64,000 nucleotides of DNA, taken from positions 30,375 through 94,374 of IMG/VR virus record IMGVR_UViG_3300043313_001220, one strand, 5' to 3'. The notes under the pieces are model-generated. The model was not told the DNA's origin. It searched no databases and saw only the letters and a program-made list of their open reading frames with translations. Source of the stretch: a virus. Below are positions 18,364 through 28,218 of this stretch, piece by piece. Numbering within the stretch: the stretch's first letter is position 1; each line of letters begins with the position of its first letter. A program made the position numbers and the translations under genes.

Positions 18364-18622
18364 ACTCCGGGACTCCGGGACTCCGGGACCACCCGGGGGG
18401 CTGTCTGAGAACGCTGGTCCCGGAGTCAGCTCACACATGGCGTGACACAATCCGTGTCACGCCATGTGTGGTATGGCCTCTTACCCCGTAAAATAGATAA
18501 AAATAAATATTTATTGCTTTTCGTCGTAACGCGACCACCCTGTGCAGAACACCCCCTGGCGGTCCCGGAGTCCCGGAGTCCCGGAGTCAGGCCATCGAGG
18601 GTCCCGGAGTGGTCCCGGAGTC
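18364..18622. promoter_or_regulatory. Putative replication origin: inverted iteron clusters around AT-rich core
   Basis: (CTCCGGGA)x3 at 18365-18388; inverted TCCCGGAG copies at 18418, 18563-18586, 18602-18620; long palindrome CACACATGGCGTGACAC..GTGTCACGCCATGTGTG; AT core 18489-18521. Confidence 0.7.
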
Positions 18623-18687
18623 GCAATTACGGAGAGTGACCGACACGCGAGTTGCCACGCTGGAAAGGCCGCTGTAGGGTGGACGGC

Positions 18688-18915
18688 GTGACGACACCGA
18701 GCAAGACCACATGGGACACCGTCGAGTTCCGTCTGAACAGAGCCGCCAAGCTGATGTCCGAAGTGGACAGCCTGTTCCAACTCGGATTCGACACCACCGA
18801 GGAGGATGCCGCCAACCAGATTGCCCTTACCCAGCTGCTGGTCGCGGCGGCTAACGCCCACCTCCGGATCGCCGAGATGGAGATGACCGGCCACGCCTTC
18901 CGCCGCCACCAATGA
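18688..18915 (+). CDS. hypothetical protein
   Basis: Downstream of promoter TTGCCA-N17-TAGGGT (18652-18680). Confidence 0.6.
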   Translation: MTTPSKTTWDTVEFRLNRAAKLMSEVDSLFQLGFDTTEEDAANQIALTQLLVAAANAHLRIAEMEMTGHAFRRHQ

Positions 18916-20195
18916 CCACCACCATCCCCCGGGTCAAGCTCGCCCGGACCTACGCCGAGCTGCCGGCCTACCAGCCCGGTCACTGGCTCGTGGCCGGGAC
19001 TCCCGGATGGCTGCCGTACCCCTGCACCTGCTGGTACGACAATTGCAGCTACCCGAAGTGCCCGGACCGGGGGCGGCCGGAGGGAGACGCCCTGCCACCG
19101 GGATGCTGCGGGAGACGCCCTGTCGTGGCCGGGGAGCGCGCAGAAGCCCCCGCCCGGGGTTCGAATACCCGCAAGGGCCGTTCGTCAACGTGGAAGGCCA
19201 CGGAGAGCCCCAGGCGCAGCACCCGCCCGGCGGATCTGCCACAGCGAGCGGTGGGTGGTTCGTCCTCGGTGGCCGGGGATCTGTGGGCGGCCCCGTGGGA
19301 TGCCGAGCCCGCCCCGTGGGATCTGGACGAGCCGGATCCCGGCCTGGGTGGCCCCGACGACCGGTCTCCCGTGGCCACGGAGACACCGAAGCCGGCTCCC
19401 GGGCATTCGAATGGGGATGCGGCCTCTCGTCAACATTCCGAGCCAAGCGACGGACTTTACCCGCACGGCGAACGTCAACGATCGCAGGTCGAACACTGTG
19501 CCTGTGTCACACCCTGGGACCCGCCGCCGCCGGTCCTCTTGGTGGCCGACGCCAAGACGGGTCCGGTCCGGGCCGCGATCGCCCTCGACCTGCGCGGCCC
19601 GGCCGGTGACCAGCCACGGCAGGACCCCCGCGACCTCGCCGAGAAGCTCCTGGCGGAGCGCGGCTACGGCCTGAAAGGCGGCTGGAAGGACGGGCGGCAC
19701 ACGCTGCTGCTGCCGGAGGGCAAGCTCAAGACCCGTCCTGGTTTCCTGGCCGAAGCATTCAACACCGCCTCCGGCCTGCGAGAGAGCGCTCTCGCGGTGA
19801 TCGACACACCGCCGGAGCAGGCCGGGGGGGTTCATTGTCCGGACTGCCACAAGGACTGGCAGAGCGCGGGTGCCTACGGGATGCACCGCAGGAAGGGCAA
19901 CGGGATTGATTGGCCTCGATGGGCCGAGCGCTGTGTGGACCCCGCGACGATCCGGGTCGTCCCCCGAAGTGCTGGCGCTAGCGCCAGCATATCACGCCGA
20001 TCAAGCCCCGGGCAATATGATGGAGCACCACTGTTGAAGCGCGGACCGAACGGCGTCTGGCATCTGGACCCGCTCGCCCCGTGGGGTCCCGGAGGCCCGC
20101 CGTTCAGCCCCGGGAAGGCGATGGAGATCTATGAACGGGGGCGGCGGGAGCTGAAACGTTGGCATTTCGGGAAGGGCCACAACCGCGAGCGCTGA
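18912..20195 (+). CDS. hypothetical protein with Cys clusters
   Basis: 427 aa coupled ORF; CPDC..HRR zinc-finger-like segment. Confidence 0.6.
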   Translation: MTTTIPRVKLARTYAELPAYQPGHWLVAGTPGWLPYPCTCWYDNCSYPKCPDRGRPEGDALPPGCCGRRPVVAGERAEAPARGSNTRKGRSSTWKATESPRRSTRPADLPQRAVGGSSSVAGDLWAAPWDAEPAPWDLDEPDPGLGGPDDRSPVATETPKPAPGHSNGDAASRQHSEPSDGLYPHGERQRSQVEHCACVTPWDPPPPVLLVADAKTGPVRAAIALDLRGPAGDQPRQDPRDLAEKLLAERGYGLKGGWKDGRHTLLLPEGKLKTRPGFLAEAFNTASGLRESALAVIDTPPEQAGGVHCPDCHKDWQSAGAYGMHRRKGNGIDWPRWAERCVDPATIRVVPRSAGASASISRRSSPGQYDGAPLLKRGPNGVWHLDPLAPWGPGGPPFSPGKAMEIYERGRRELKRWHFGKGHNRER

Positions 20196-20203
20196 CACGC
20201 CGC

Positions 20204-20232
20204 TTGCCACGCCCGGTGGCGTGTGGCAGGAT
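20204..20232 (+). promoter_or_regulatory. Candidate promoter driving the large array
   Basis: TTGCCA-N17-CAGGAT just upstream of the first unit; operator-like TGCCAC-N5-GTGGCG. Confidence 0.55.
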
Positions 20233-20236
20233 AGGG

Positions 20237-21484
20237 GGACAAACCAGGCCAGTGCGCCTCCCGACTAGCCAGTTCGTACCACACGACAAGCCTGCCCCCC
20301 TCGCATCCGCTGCACACCGACAAGTCGTGCCGCCGCAAGCCCAGCCCACCCCCCGCTCGCCGACACATCTAGCCGTACCACACGACAAGCCTGCCCAGTG
20401 CAATGCCGCCCAGCCTTGACGACACCCCAGACCGACATATGCCCGACTGTTCACATCCACCCTACCGCCGTCCGACACCGCACGCCACACCCTCGCGCTC
20501 CGTACGACCAACCTCTCCGAATCTTGCCGACGCGCACGACATGCCGCTCTCGACACCGCCCGACCCGCACCGACACAGCACGCCGGTCCGACCCAACCGA
20601 CACGCCCGGCCACCGCAGGACTCACGACAGATCTGCCCAGCGCTCACCCATGCGACTACCCGTCCCACAGCTGGTCGGCCCCTACCCCGACACCCGACAT
20701 GGCCCATCTGTCCCAGCCGCCCGACATGCCATCCCAGCCGAGTCCTCCCCGACACTCCACCCTCAGCCGCAACGCCCCGAGACGACAGATCTGTTCCGCC
20801 CACCCCATGTGACTACCCTGCCCGGCCCTGCTCCAATATCGACTACCCGACGCAACCCCAGAGCCCCCGCTGACATATCCAGCCCGCCCGCCCCAGGCGA
20901 CCAGCCACCCCAGCTCCTGTGTCGACAACCCGATCGGCGTCACGCCAGACCCAACCCGACGACAGCCCAGACCCGCACTGTCTTACCCCGTGCTCGGACC
21001 GCCCATCCCACCCGACAAGCCCACCCGGGCCGGTACAACCCCAGCCGTGCCCCACCCCCCGACTACCCTACACACCCCAGTGCGGATCCGACACGCCATC
21101 TCATCGCACCGCCGCCGACTACCCCGGCCCTTCGTGCCCTGTCTCCGACGACCCGTGCCATCCGACAAGCCCAGCCGCGCCGATGCAACCCCACTGCGAC
21201 CATCCATCCCGCGTCATTGCGGGCCCGACACGCCATCCCTGGCATCCCCGACCCGGTACCGACAAGCCCAGCCGCCGCGCTTCATATCGACAAGCCGACC
21301 CACGCCACCCCGTGTCCTCTCCCGGCCCGTCCGACAGTGCGTCCCCACGCCGCCCAGTGGCTTCCCCACCCATCCCCCATGGCACGCCCGATCAAAGCGG
21401 CGTACTGACGAGCCCGTCCCCACCCGGCCCCCCGACAAGCCGAGCGAACTCCAACCCAGCCCCTACGACAACCCGCTGGACCGA
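20237..21484 (+). repeat. Large non-coding pentamer-periodic array (about 40 units), candidate guide-RNA array
   Basis: CGAC followed by aagcc/taccc/atgcc/acgcc then 2-8 NNNCC-like pentamers, e.g. CGAC aagcc caccc gggcc ggtac aaccc cagcc gtgcc ccacc ccc CGAC. Confidence 0.88.
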
Positions 21485-21498
21485 TAGGGAAGAGAGAT

Positions 21499-22965
21499 AT
21501 GGACAGGCGATACGAGAGTGCCGATGTCACAGCGATCTGGAGCGACCAGGGCCGCAACCTGGTCGAACGCAGCATCTGGGTCGAGGTGATGCGAGCCCAG
21601 CGCGAAGCCGGAATCGACATCCCGGAAGACCAGATCGACGCGTACGCCGACCTGGCAGCCAGCCAGGCACTGCTGGACCCGGACCACGAGGAAGCCCTGC
21701 TCGAAACGCAGGACATCGCCGAGCTGGAGAGAGAGACCAAACATGACCTGTACGCCCGACTGCGGTGGTTCAACGAGAGTGTCGGAGGCGACCACGCCCA
21801 CCGCGGGTTGACCTCGGCCGACATCACCGAGAACACCCAGCAGATCCAGATCGTCGCCTCCGCCGAACTGCTGCTAGAACACGCTGAGCAGGTCCTGCGC
21901 CGGATGTACGAGCGTGCCGGGGTGTTCGCCACGGTGCCGATCGTCGCCCGCACCCATGGCCGACCCGCGCAGCTGACCACCATTGGCAAGCGGATCACCG
22001 ACTGGATGCAGGAGCTGATGGGGGCGATGGTCACTCTCCAGGGGGCCATCGAAGGTTACGTGCCGCGGGGGATCAAAGGCGCGGTCGGCACCAGTGCCGA
22101 CATGGCGCGGACGTTGCTGTCCGGCCTGCCGGAGGGCAGCCCCGCCAGCAGGTGGGTGGCCGCCCGCCTGGCCGCCGGCACGCTGGACGACCGGGTGTCG
22201 TCCAAGCTGGCAGGCGAGACCACATCGATGCTGTCGACCGGGCAGTGTTACCCACGCTCGGCCGACCTGCCGATCATCTCCGCGACGTTGCAGCTCGCCG
22301 CCGCGTGCGGCACGGTCGCCACTGCCGTGCGGCTGATGTCCGCGCTCGGCCTGGCGGTCGAGAACCCCGACGCGCATGTCGGGTCGTCGGCCATGCCCCA
22401 CAAGAGCAACCCGCGCTACAGCGAGCGGGTCTGCAGCCTCCAGGTGGTCGCACGCGGGTATGCGGGAATGTTGCAGGAGACCGCCGGCACGCAGTGGCTG
22501 GAAGGTGACGTGTCGACCTCTGCGGCCCGCCGGATCGCCCTGCCGGGGCTATTCCACACGGTGGATTCGATGCTGGCCAACACCGCCTGGGTGTTGGACC
22601 ATCTGGTGTTCGACCTGGAGGCGATCAAGGACGAGCGCGACCTGTGGATGCCGGAGATGGCATCCGGCGCGCTGTTGGCCGCACTGGTCGAGAACGGGGT
22701 GCCACGTCAGAAGGCACACGAGGTACTGCGGCACCATTATCGGCAGATCGGCGGCCCGGACTGCGAGAGCGACCGATCGGGGACGCTGATCTACCACCTG
22801 ACCAGTGAAGACGCAGAGTTCCGGCTGACTGCGGAGCAGACCCAGGCCGCGTTCGACCCGGAGATGTTGGTTGGTTCTGCGGTGGCGATCGTGGAGGCTG
22901 TGGTCGGTGCGGAGCTCGGCGAGCTGCTGGATGCCGACCCGGAATGGCCTGGCGACCTGGTGTGA
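21499..22965 (+). CDS. purB: adenylosuccinate lyase
   Basis: TKHD, HRGLTSADI, ARTHGRPAQLTT.GKR, KGAVGT, GSSAMPHKSNP signature. Confidence 0.93.
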   Translation: MDRRYESADVTAIWSDQGRNLVERSIWVEVMRAQREAGIDIPEDQIDAYADLAASQALLDPDHEEALLETQDIAELERETKHDLYARLRWFNESVGGDHAHRGLTSADITENTQQIQIVASAELLLEHAEQVLRRMYERAGVFATVPIVARTHGRPAQLTTIGKRITDWMQELMGAMVTLQGAIEGYVPRGIKGAVGTSADMARTLLSGLPEGSPASRWVAARLAAGTLDDRVSSKLAGETTSMLSTGQCYPRSADLPIISATLQLAAACGTVATAVRLMSALGLAVENPDAHVGSSAMPHKSNPRYSERVCSLQVVARGYAGMLQETAGTQWLEGDVSTSAARRIALPGLFHTVDSMLANTAWVLDHLVFDLEAIKDERDLWMPEMASGALLAALVENGVPRQKAHEVLRHHYRQIGGPDCESDRSGTLIYHLTSEDAEFRLTAEQTQAAFDPEMLVGSAVAIVEAVVGAELGELLDADPEWPGDLV

Positions 22966-23268
22966 CACAGGGCTTGCCGCCCTGCTCGCCGACCAGCGCG
23001 GTTACCTCACCGAGGAGATCGCCGCCCTGGCCACCGGGACGATCGTGAATGTCACCCGCGCAGACGGGGAGTACCTGTACACCCTCACCATCAGCCGGAC
23101 CCCCGGCTGCTGATCGGCGACACGGGGCGGTGGCCATCTGGTCGCCGTCCCGCGGCGTACCCGACCACACCGCTTGCCACCCCCGAGAAGGGGTGTTACG
23201 GTGGCCCCAGCGCACCACCATGCATGCACCACCCAACGGCCCCCCGCCACGGAAGGAGCACAACCCCG

Positions 23269-23919
23269 ATGTACGAGTTCTTCACGACCACGTTCTTTGG
23301 CACGCAGATCCCCACTGCCGCAGCCATGGGCGTGGGAGCTGCCGGCCTGGTCGCAGGCGCGACCTTCGCGGTCCTGACCGTCCGCGACAAGCTGAGCAAG
23401 GCCCGCAAGCTGATGGCGATCGCCATCCGATACGAGTCCGAAGCCGACCGTACCTACGCGAAGATCCGCGCCCTGACCGACCCGACCTGCTCGGTCCCGC
23501 TCGTGGAGTTGTTCCCGCCCACCCGGGTACAGCAGGTCCGCCGTGCGGTGGCCGAAGCTTTCGAGCGCGCCACCTGGCGCAACGAGAAGGCCACGGAGTG
23601 GTCCCCGGGGTGGGCGGACGGCGAGCTGCGTCGGGCGATCGACCAGACCGCCGACGTCCCCCACGTTGCCGAGCCGGCACCGGCCCCCACCGAACCCCCG
23701 GCCCCGGTCTACCGGACCCGCCGTGACCCCTCCGAGCGGGTCCCCGCACGGGACCGCTGGGCCCCCCGGATGACGCAGCTGCTCGGTGGGCCGATCCCGG
23801 TGCCGCCGCTGTTCGCGTCGATCCAAGTGCCGGCGCAGCGTCGGCCGTCGCCGCTGGTCCTGGCCAACCTGCCGGCCGACCCCACGCGGCAGTGGCGGAC
23901 CAAGACGGTAGCCGCGTAG
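23269..23919 (+). CDS. membrane-anchored hypothetical protein
   Basis: N-terminal TM helix; promoter TTGCCA-N17-TACGGT at 23174-23202. Confidence 0.6.
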   Translation: MYEFFTTTFFGTQIPTAAAMGVGAAGLVAGATFAVLTVRDKLSKARKLMAIAIRYESEADRTYAKIRALTDPTCSVPLVELFPPTRVQQVRRAVAEAFERATWRNEKATEWSPGWADGELRRAIDQTADVPHVAEPAPAPTEPPAPVYRTRRDPSERVPARDRWAPRMTQLLGGPIPVPPLFASIQVPAQRRPSPLVLANLPADPTRQWRTKTVAA

Positions 23920-24066
23920 CCACCATGAGCTCGATCAACCGCGCCCCCCATCACAAGCCCTGGACGCCCCCGCGCCCCCGGCTGTACCCACCCCGGCCCA
24001 GCGGCCGACCGTGCGACATGCGTCGCTGGCCGACCGTGCCCACCATGCGAGGCGAGGAGGAGTTCG

Positions 24067-26319
24067 GTGGCCGAGAGCAACCAGACGACCAGCATCGACC
24101 ATGTTGAAAGTCCCAGGGTGGAGCCGCCCGGGGATGTGCGACTCCAGCTCGCGGCACTCGAAGGGTGGGCCAACAACCGGGCCATGCAACCCGAGATGCG
24201 GCTGCGTGCCGCGCTCCAGGCCCTCGCCCTGTGGCGCAAGCTCTACCCGGACCCCGAGGGGGACTGACATGGCACAGCGCTGGGCGGTACTTCGCCCGAA
24301 TGAGGACGGCCAGCACTTCCGGATGATCCGCGACGCCTCCATGTACCACATATTGGGCCACCCGGAGGAGTACGGCATTGGGAGATTTGCGGCGTTGGAT
24401 GAGCTGGACCCAGACCCGGCGGTCTGGGAGCCTGGCACCGCTGTCCTGCTGCGGGTCGAGGTCGTGGTCCCGGAGGCCGCTGGCGGCTACAAGCTCCCGG
24501 AGGACGCCGAATGAACCCGCGCCACACCCCCGAGTCGCTGCGCGCCCACAGCGCGGCCACCCTCAAGCTGGCCGAGTCTCACCTGAACGCGTCGAGCGAG
24601 GCATACCGCAAACGCTCCAGCATCCGCGGCGTGACGTTGGGCCCGGCCACCCACGACGCGCTTGCTGAGGCGTACCAGGCGTGGCGTGAATACCGGGCCG
24701 ACACCGCCCCGCCTGGGTGTCAGGATCTCATGATCCCTGAGCGTCAACCCGACGGCAGCGCGCCGGGGCTCACCCGCGTACACGGCTACGACGTCACCAT
24801 CGGCGATGTTGACGGTGGCATCGCCTGGGATATCGGCCCCGAGCCGCTGGTCCCCTTCGTATTCAGGGAGGTTGTCGAATGAGCGAGCTCGACGAGCCGC
24901 AAGACCCGCTGCTGGTCCAGCTGCACGACGCCCGGCTGGACCAGCAGGATGCCCACACCGAGGCCGTCCGCCTGATCCGCCATCTGTACGTCGACCTCGG
25001 CCAGGACGCGGGCGGTCCGCTGCACGTGGTCCTGGACGATGGCAATGTCGGCGACTTCTGGCTGCACGCGGGGCCGCACACCGATGGCTACGACCGCTAC
25101 GGCTATCTGTTCAACGGCGACTTCGCGCGTTGGTCGCAAGCCGGGGACGACGTCTCCCTAAAGCGCCGGAACGCCATCCGCGACACCTGCGAGCAGATCC
25201 TCGCCCTGCTACGCCCGATGTCCGAGCAGCATCGCCGCGACGCGATCAACGAGTTCTGGAAAGGATGGCGACCGTGAGCGGCATCCCGGCGGAGCCCACC
25301 TCGGCACAGTGCGACGCCAAGGAGCGCGTCTCAATCCCCGGGTCGACGGCCGTCGCCCATGCGGTCTGGTGGCCGCAGATGGGTGGCAAGCCCGGTAAGG
25401 CCGTAGCGACGATCGGGGACTGCTCGACGGTCTGGCTATGGCATGACGGACAGCTGCCGCTCAACGGGAGGGAACCCCGCCAGATCCACCTGTGTGGCTA
25501 TGGCGAGTGGATCGAGACGTTTGAATGGCTCAAATCGCGATATGAGCAGGAGTTTGACGAGGAGCCGGAGCCGTACGTCTGGGTCCTGCCGCAGGGGGTG
25601 ACCCGCGAGCAGGCGCAGGAGGTCTACGAGAAGATCGTCGCCTGGGGTCTGTGGGAGGTCGACCCGGGCGGGTTCCGGATCCGGACCTACGAAGAGGCGC
25701 ACGGGCCCTGCGAGCCAATCCCATGTCCGCCGTTCCAGGAGATCACCCTGCAAGCCTCGGCAGAGCGCATGGGACCGGCCCCGATCGACCAGAATCTGGC
25801 CATGCCTGCGAAGCTGGACAGCGAGTGGATGGACAGCTGGATGGGCGTGGTGAGCGCTGCCACAGCGGCAGGTTTCCTCCAGATCGACCTTCTACCCGCG
25901 CCCGGACCGGCGCAGATGCCCCGAATCATCACCCTGCCCGAGGGTGTCAACGCGGAGGAGGCCGACCGCTGGGTCCAAGGCTGCATCCAGCTCGGGATTA
26001 TCGAAGCCGGCACTGGCGGTGTGCTCTACCTCCCCCACGGGCAGCAGTTGTGAGGGCGCGCAATGTCGCTATCGCCGCGGCGATCGCCCTGGTCTTGGCC
26101 GGTGTCTGCTTCCTGATCCCCCCCAGCCCGCTCTACCCAGACGGGTCCGACCCGAACCCCGCCCCGACCCTACCGGCCTCTACTACGGTCGAGTACGTCC
26201 CGGTCGAGGGCAAGCTGGTGGTCTGTGTCTTCCGCTCCAACTACGGCATCTCCTGCGACTGGGCGAACGCCCGGCCGCTCGACGCCGGCACGACAGCCCA
26301 CGCCGTTCCGCCCAACTGA
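24067..26319 (+). other. Run of small coupled hypothetical genes (24067-24267, 24269-24514, 24511-24882, 24879-25277, 25274-26053, 26050-26319)
   Basis: ATGA/GTGA stop-start overlaps; no recognisable motifs. Confidence 0.6.
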
Positions 26320-26425
26320 CAATCCGCCCCATGCCTTCCACGATCCGCCCGACAGTGCGTCTCGACCCTGATCCACGCGTGCTACTGTTCAACCTCACGC
26401 TTCCCCTCCCATCCCGGACGACAGG
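26317..26425 (+). repeat. Mini pentamer-periodic array, about 2-3 units
   Basis: TGAC aatcc gcccc atgcc ttcca cgatc cgcc CGAC agtgc gtctc gaccc tgatc cacgc...ccctc ccatc ccgga CGAC aggagacac ATG. Confidence 0.7.
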
Positions 26426-26431
26426 AGACAC

Positions 26432-26827
26432 ATGCAACCCCAGATGAAGAAGCCGATGTACAGCGGTTTCGGCCAACGCAATAACACCACGGAGGCGCTC
26501 AAGATCGACCGGGCGTTGAAGGCGCAAGCCGAACACGACACCGAGAAGCTGCGCAAGCAGCGGCCCCAGGCGCTGCCGATGGCTCCCGGTCAGCGGGCAC
26601 TGACCTACATCGGCCGTCGGGCCACCCCGGCGCAGCGCCGCCGGGTTGAGAAGAAGAGTTATCGCTGGGCCCGGGGGGGACCGTGGCACAATCTTGGTTT
26701 GGACGTGTCAACTGCGCCCGACGGGCTGGAAGACCGGCCCGAGCTGCCCGAGTGGGACCCGACGGAGTGCAGTTGCCACATCAACCCACCGTGCCATTAC
26801 TGCACGAGCCAGGAGTTCAACCTGTGA
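26432..26827 (+). CDS. hypothetical protein with C-terminal CSCHINPPCHYC motif
   Basis: Small Cys/His metal-binding motif seen in phage proteins. Confidence 0.6.
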   Translation: MQPQMKKPMYSGFGQRNNTTEALKIDRALKAQAEHDTEKLRKQRPQALPMAPGQRALTYIGRRATPAQRRRVEKKSYRWARGGPWHNLGLDVSTAPDGLEDRPELPEWDPTECSCHINPPCHYCTSQEFNL

Positions 26828-27525
26828 CCCGCCAACAGCAGATCGAGCAGATGCTCGGCATCGAGACCCACCTGGATGTCGCCGCGAGCTGGGCGACGTT
26901 CGACACCGACGAGTACTACCTCAAGGTGCAGGGGGTGCACACATGGAAGCTCAAGGACGACCTCAACCGGTACGCCCTGGTGATCGAGAGGACGCGCCCG
27001 GATCTGATCATCGAGGTCGGGACGAAATGGGGCGGTTCGGCGTTGTGGTTCGCCGACTTCGGCATCGACGTGGTCACGGTCGATATCGATCAGAGCCTCA
27101 CCGGCCCCGCACATGGTTTCGACGTTGACCGCGAACAGCCCCACATCCAGTTCGTTGAGGGGGACTCGGTCAACCTGGACACGCTGGCCCGGGTGTCCTC
27201 CCTTGCCAGCGGCTACGAGCGGGTCATGGTGTCGCTGGACGGCGAACACGCCGCACCCCACGTCTACCACGAGATCCTGGCCTACGGGCCGATGGTCAGC
27301 CAGGGCTGTTACCTGGTGGTCGAGGACGGGATCTTCGACCTGGTAGACCCGAGTGTCGCCCACCGCGGCGGGGCGCGCATCCCGACCGAAGGCGGCCCGC
27401 TTGCGGCCATCCGCCAGGCCGGGCTGCACACCGACCCGCGCTGGGTGCGGGACGTCGAGGTCGAACGGCTGACGCTGCGCAGTTACCATCCGGCGGGTTT
27501 CTGGCGCAGGGCCGAGGTCGACTGA
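26824..27525 (+). CDS. CmcI/rhamnosyl O-methyltransferase-family SAM methyltransferase
   Basis: DL.RY...I...RPDLIIEVGT.WGGSALWFAD; VMVSLDGEH...HV..E..AY...VS.G.YLVVEDG. Confidence 0.88.
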   Translation: MTRQQQIEQMLGIETHLDVAASWATFDTDEYYLKVQGVHTWKLKDDLNRYALVIERTRPDLIIEVGTKWGGSALWFADFGIDVVTVDIDQSLTGPAHGFDVDREQPHIQFVEGDSVNLDTLARVSSLASGYERVMVSLDGEHAAPHVYHEILAYGPMVSQGCYLVVEDGIFDLVDPSVAHRGGARIPTEGGPLAAIRQAGLHTDPRWVRDVEVERLTLRSYHPAGFWRRAEVD

Positions 27526-27932
27526 TGGGCTACAGCGCTGACATCTCCGGCGAGATCCGGATCGTCCCGCCGATCCCCTGGGTCGAGTTCGCCAACAGCC
27601 CCCACTACCGCGCGGTCAGGGACTGGGCATATGGCAACGATCTGTGCTTCGAGGTGGTCGAGACCACCACGGCCACTAACGATGGCGTGCTGACCAAACG
27701 TCAGGCGGTCGCGATCGTCTGCGGGGGTGACGAGCGGCGCGGCAATGATATCCTGGAGGAGCTGGAGGCGATCGCCAAAGCGCATGGCCAGGGTGGCCAG
27801 GGGCGGGTGTTCGTCGGTCGCCTCGACGTCCGGTGGCCGGATTTTGAGGGCAGCGAGAAGCGGTACAAGATCGTCGACGGTCACGCGGTGGAGTATGCCC
27901 CGTCCATCTTGTGGCCGAATGCGTCCGAATGA
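27525..27932 (+). CDS. hypothetical protein
   Basis: MGYSADISGEIRIVPPIPW...; coupled. Confidence 0.6.
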   Translation: MGYSADISGEIRIVPPIPWVEFANSPHYRAVRDWAYGNDLCFEVVETTTATNDGVLTKRQAVAIVCGGDERRGNDILEELEAIAKAHGQGGQGRVFVGRLDVRWPDFEGSEKRYKIVDGHAVEYAPSILWPNASE

Positions 27933-28218
27933 GCTGGCTTCGGGAGGCCTGCCCCGCGTGTCAGGCCCCGGTGGTCTGGGCGATCAGCATCACCACGGCC
28001 GCATGGACGCCGTTGAATGCGGATCCGACGCCTGACGGCACGCTGGAGCTGCAGTCAAGCTGGGACGGGCATCCGCGTGCCCGGAAGGTGTCGCCCAAAC
28101 TGGCGTTCGGCCGCAAGGAGCTGCGGGCCCCGCATGCCACGACCTGCACCCGCAAAGAACAGCTAAAGCTTCATCACTATGGTCCGCCGCCTGCTGGCAC
28201 CCGTGGGGAACCGGCCTG

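Noticed and set aside
20398-21408. 336-aa and other overlapping Pro/Arg/Thr-rich ORFs across the large array
   Set aside because: Several frames on both strands are open only because the C-rich repeat lacks stops. The periodicity is 5, not 3, and there is no RBS.
20237-21484. Canonical CRISPR or TIGR array
   Set aside because: No identical 25-40 bp repeats with unique spacers, unit length varies in steps of about 5, no box C/D-like dual repeats, and no Nop-domain gene seen.
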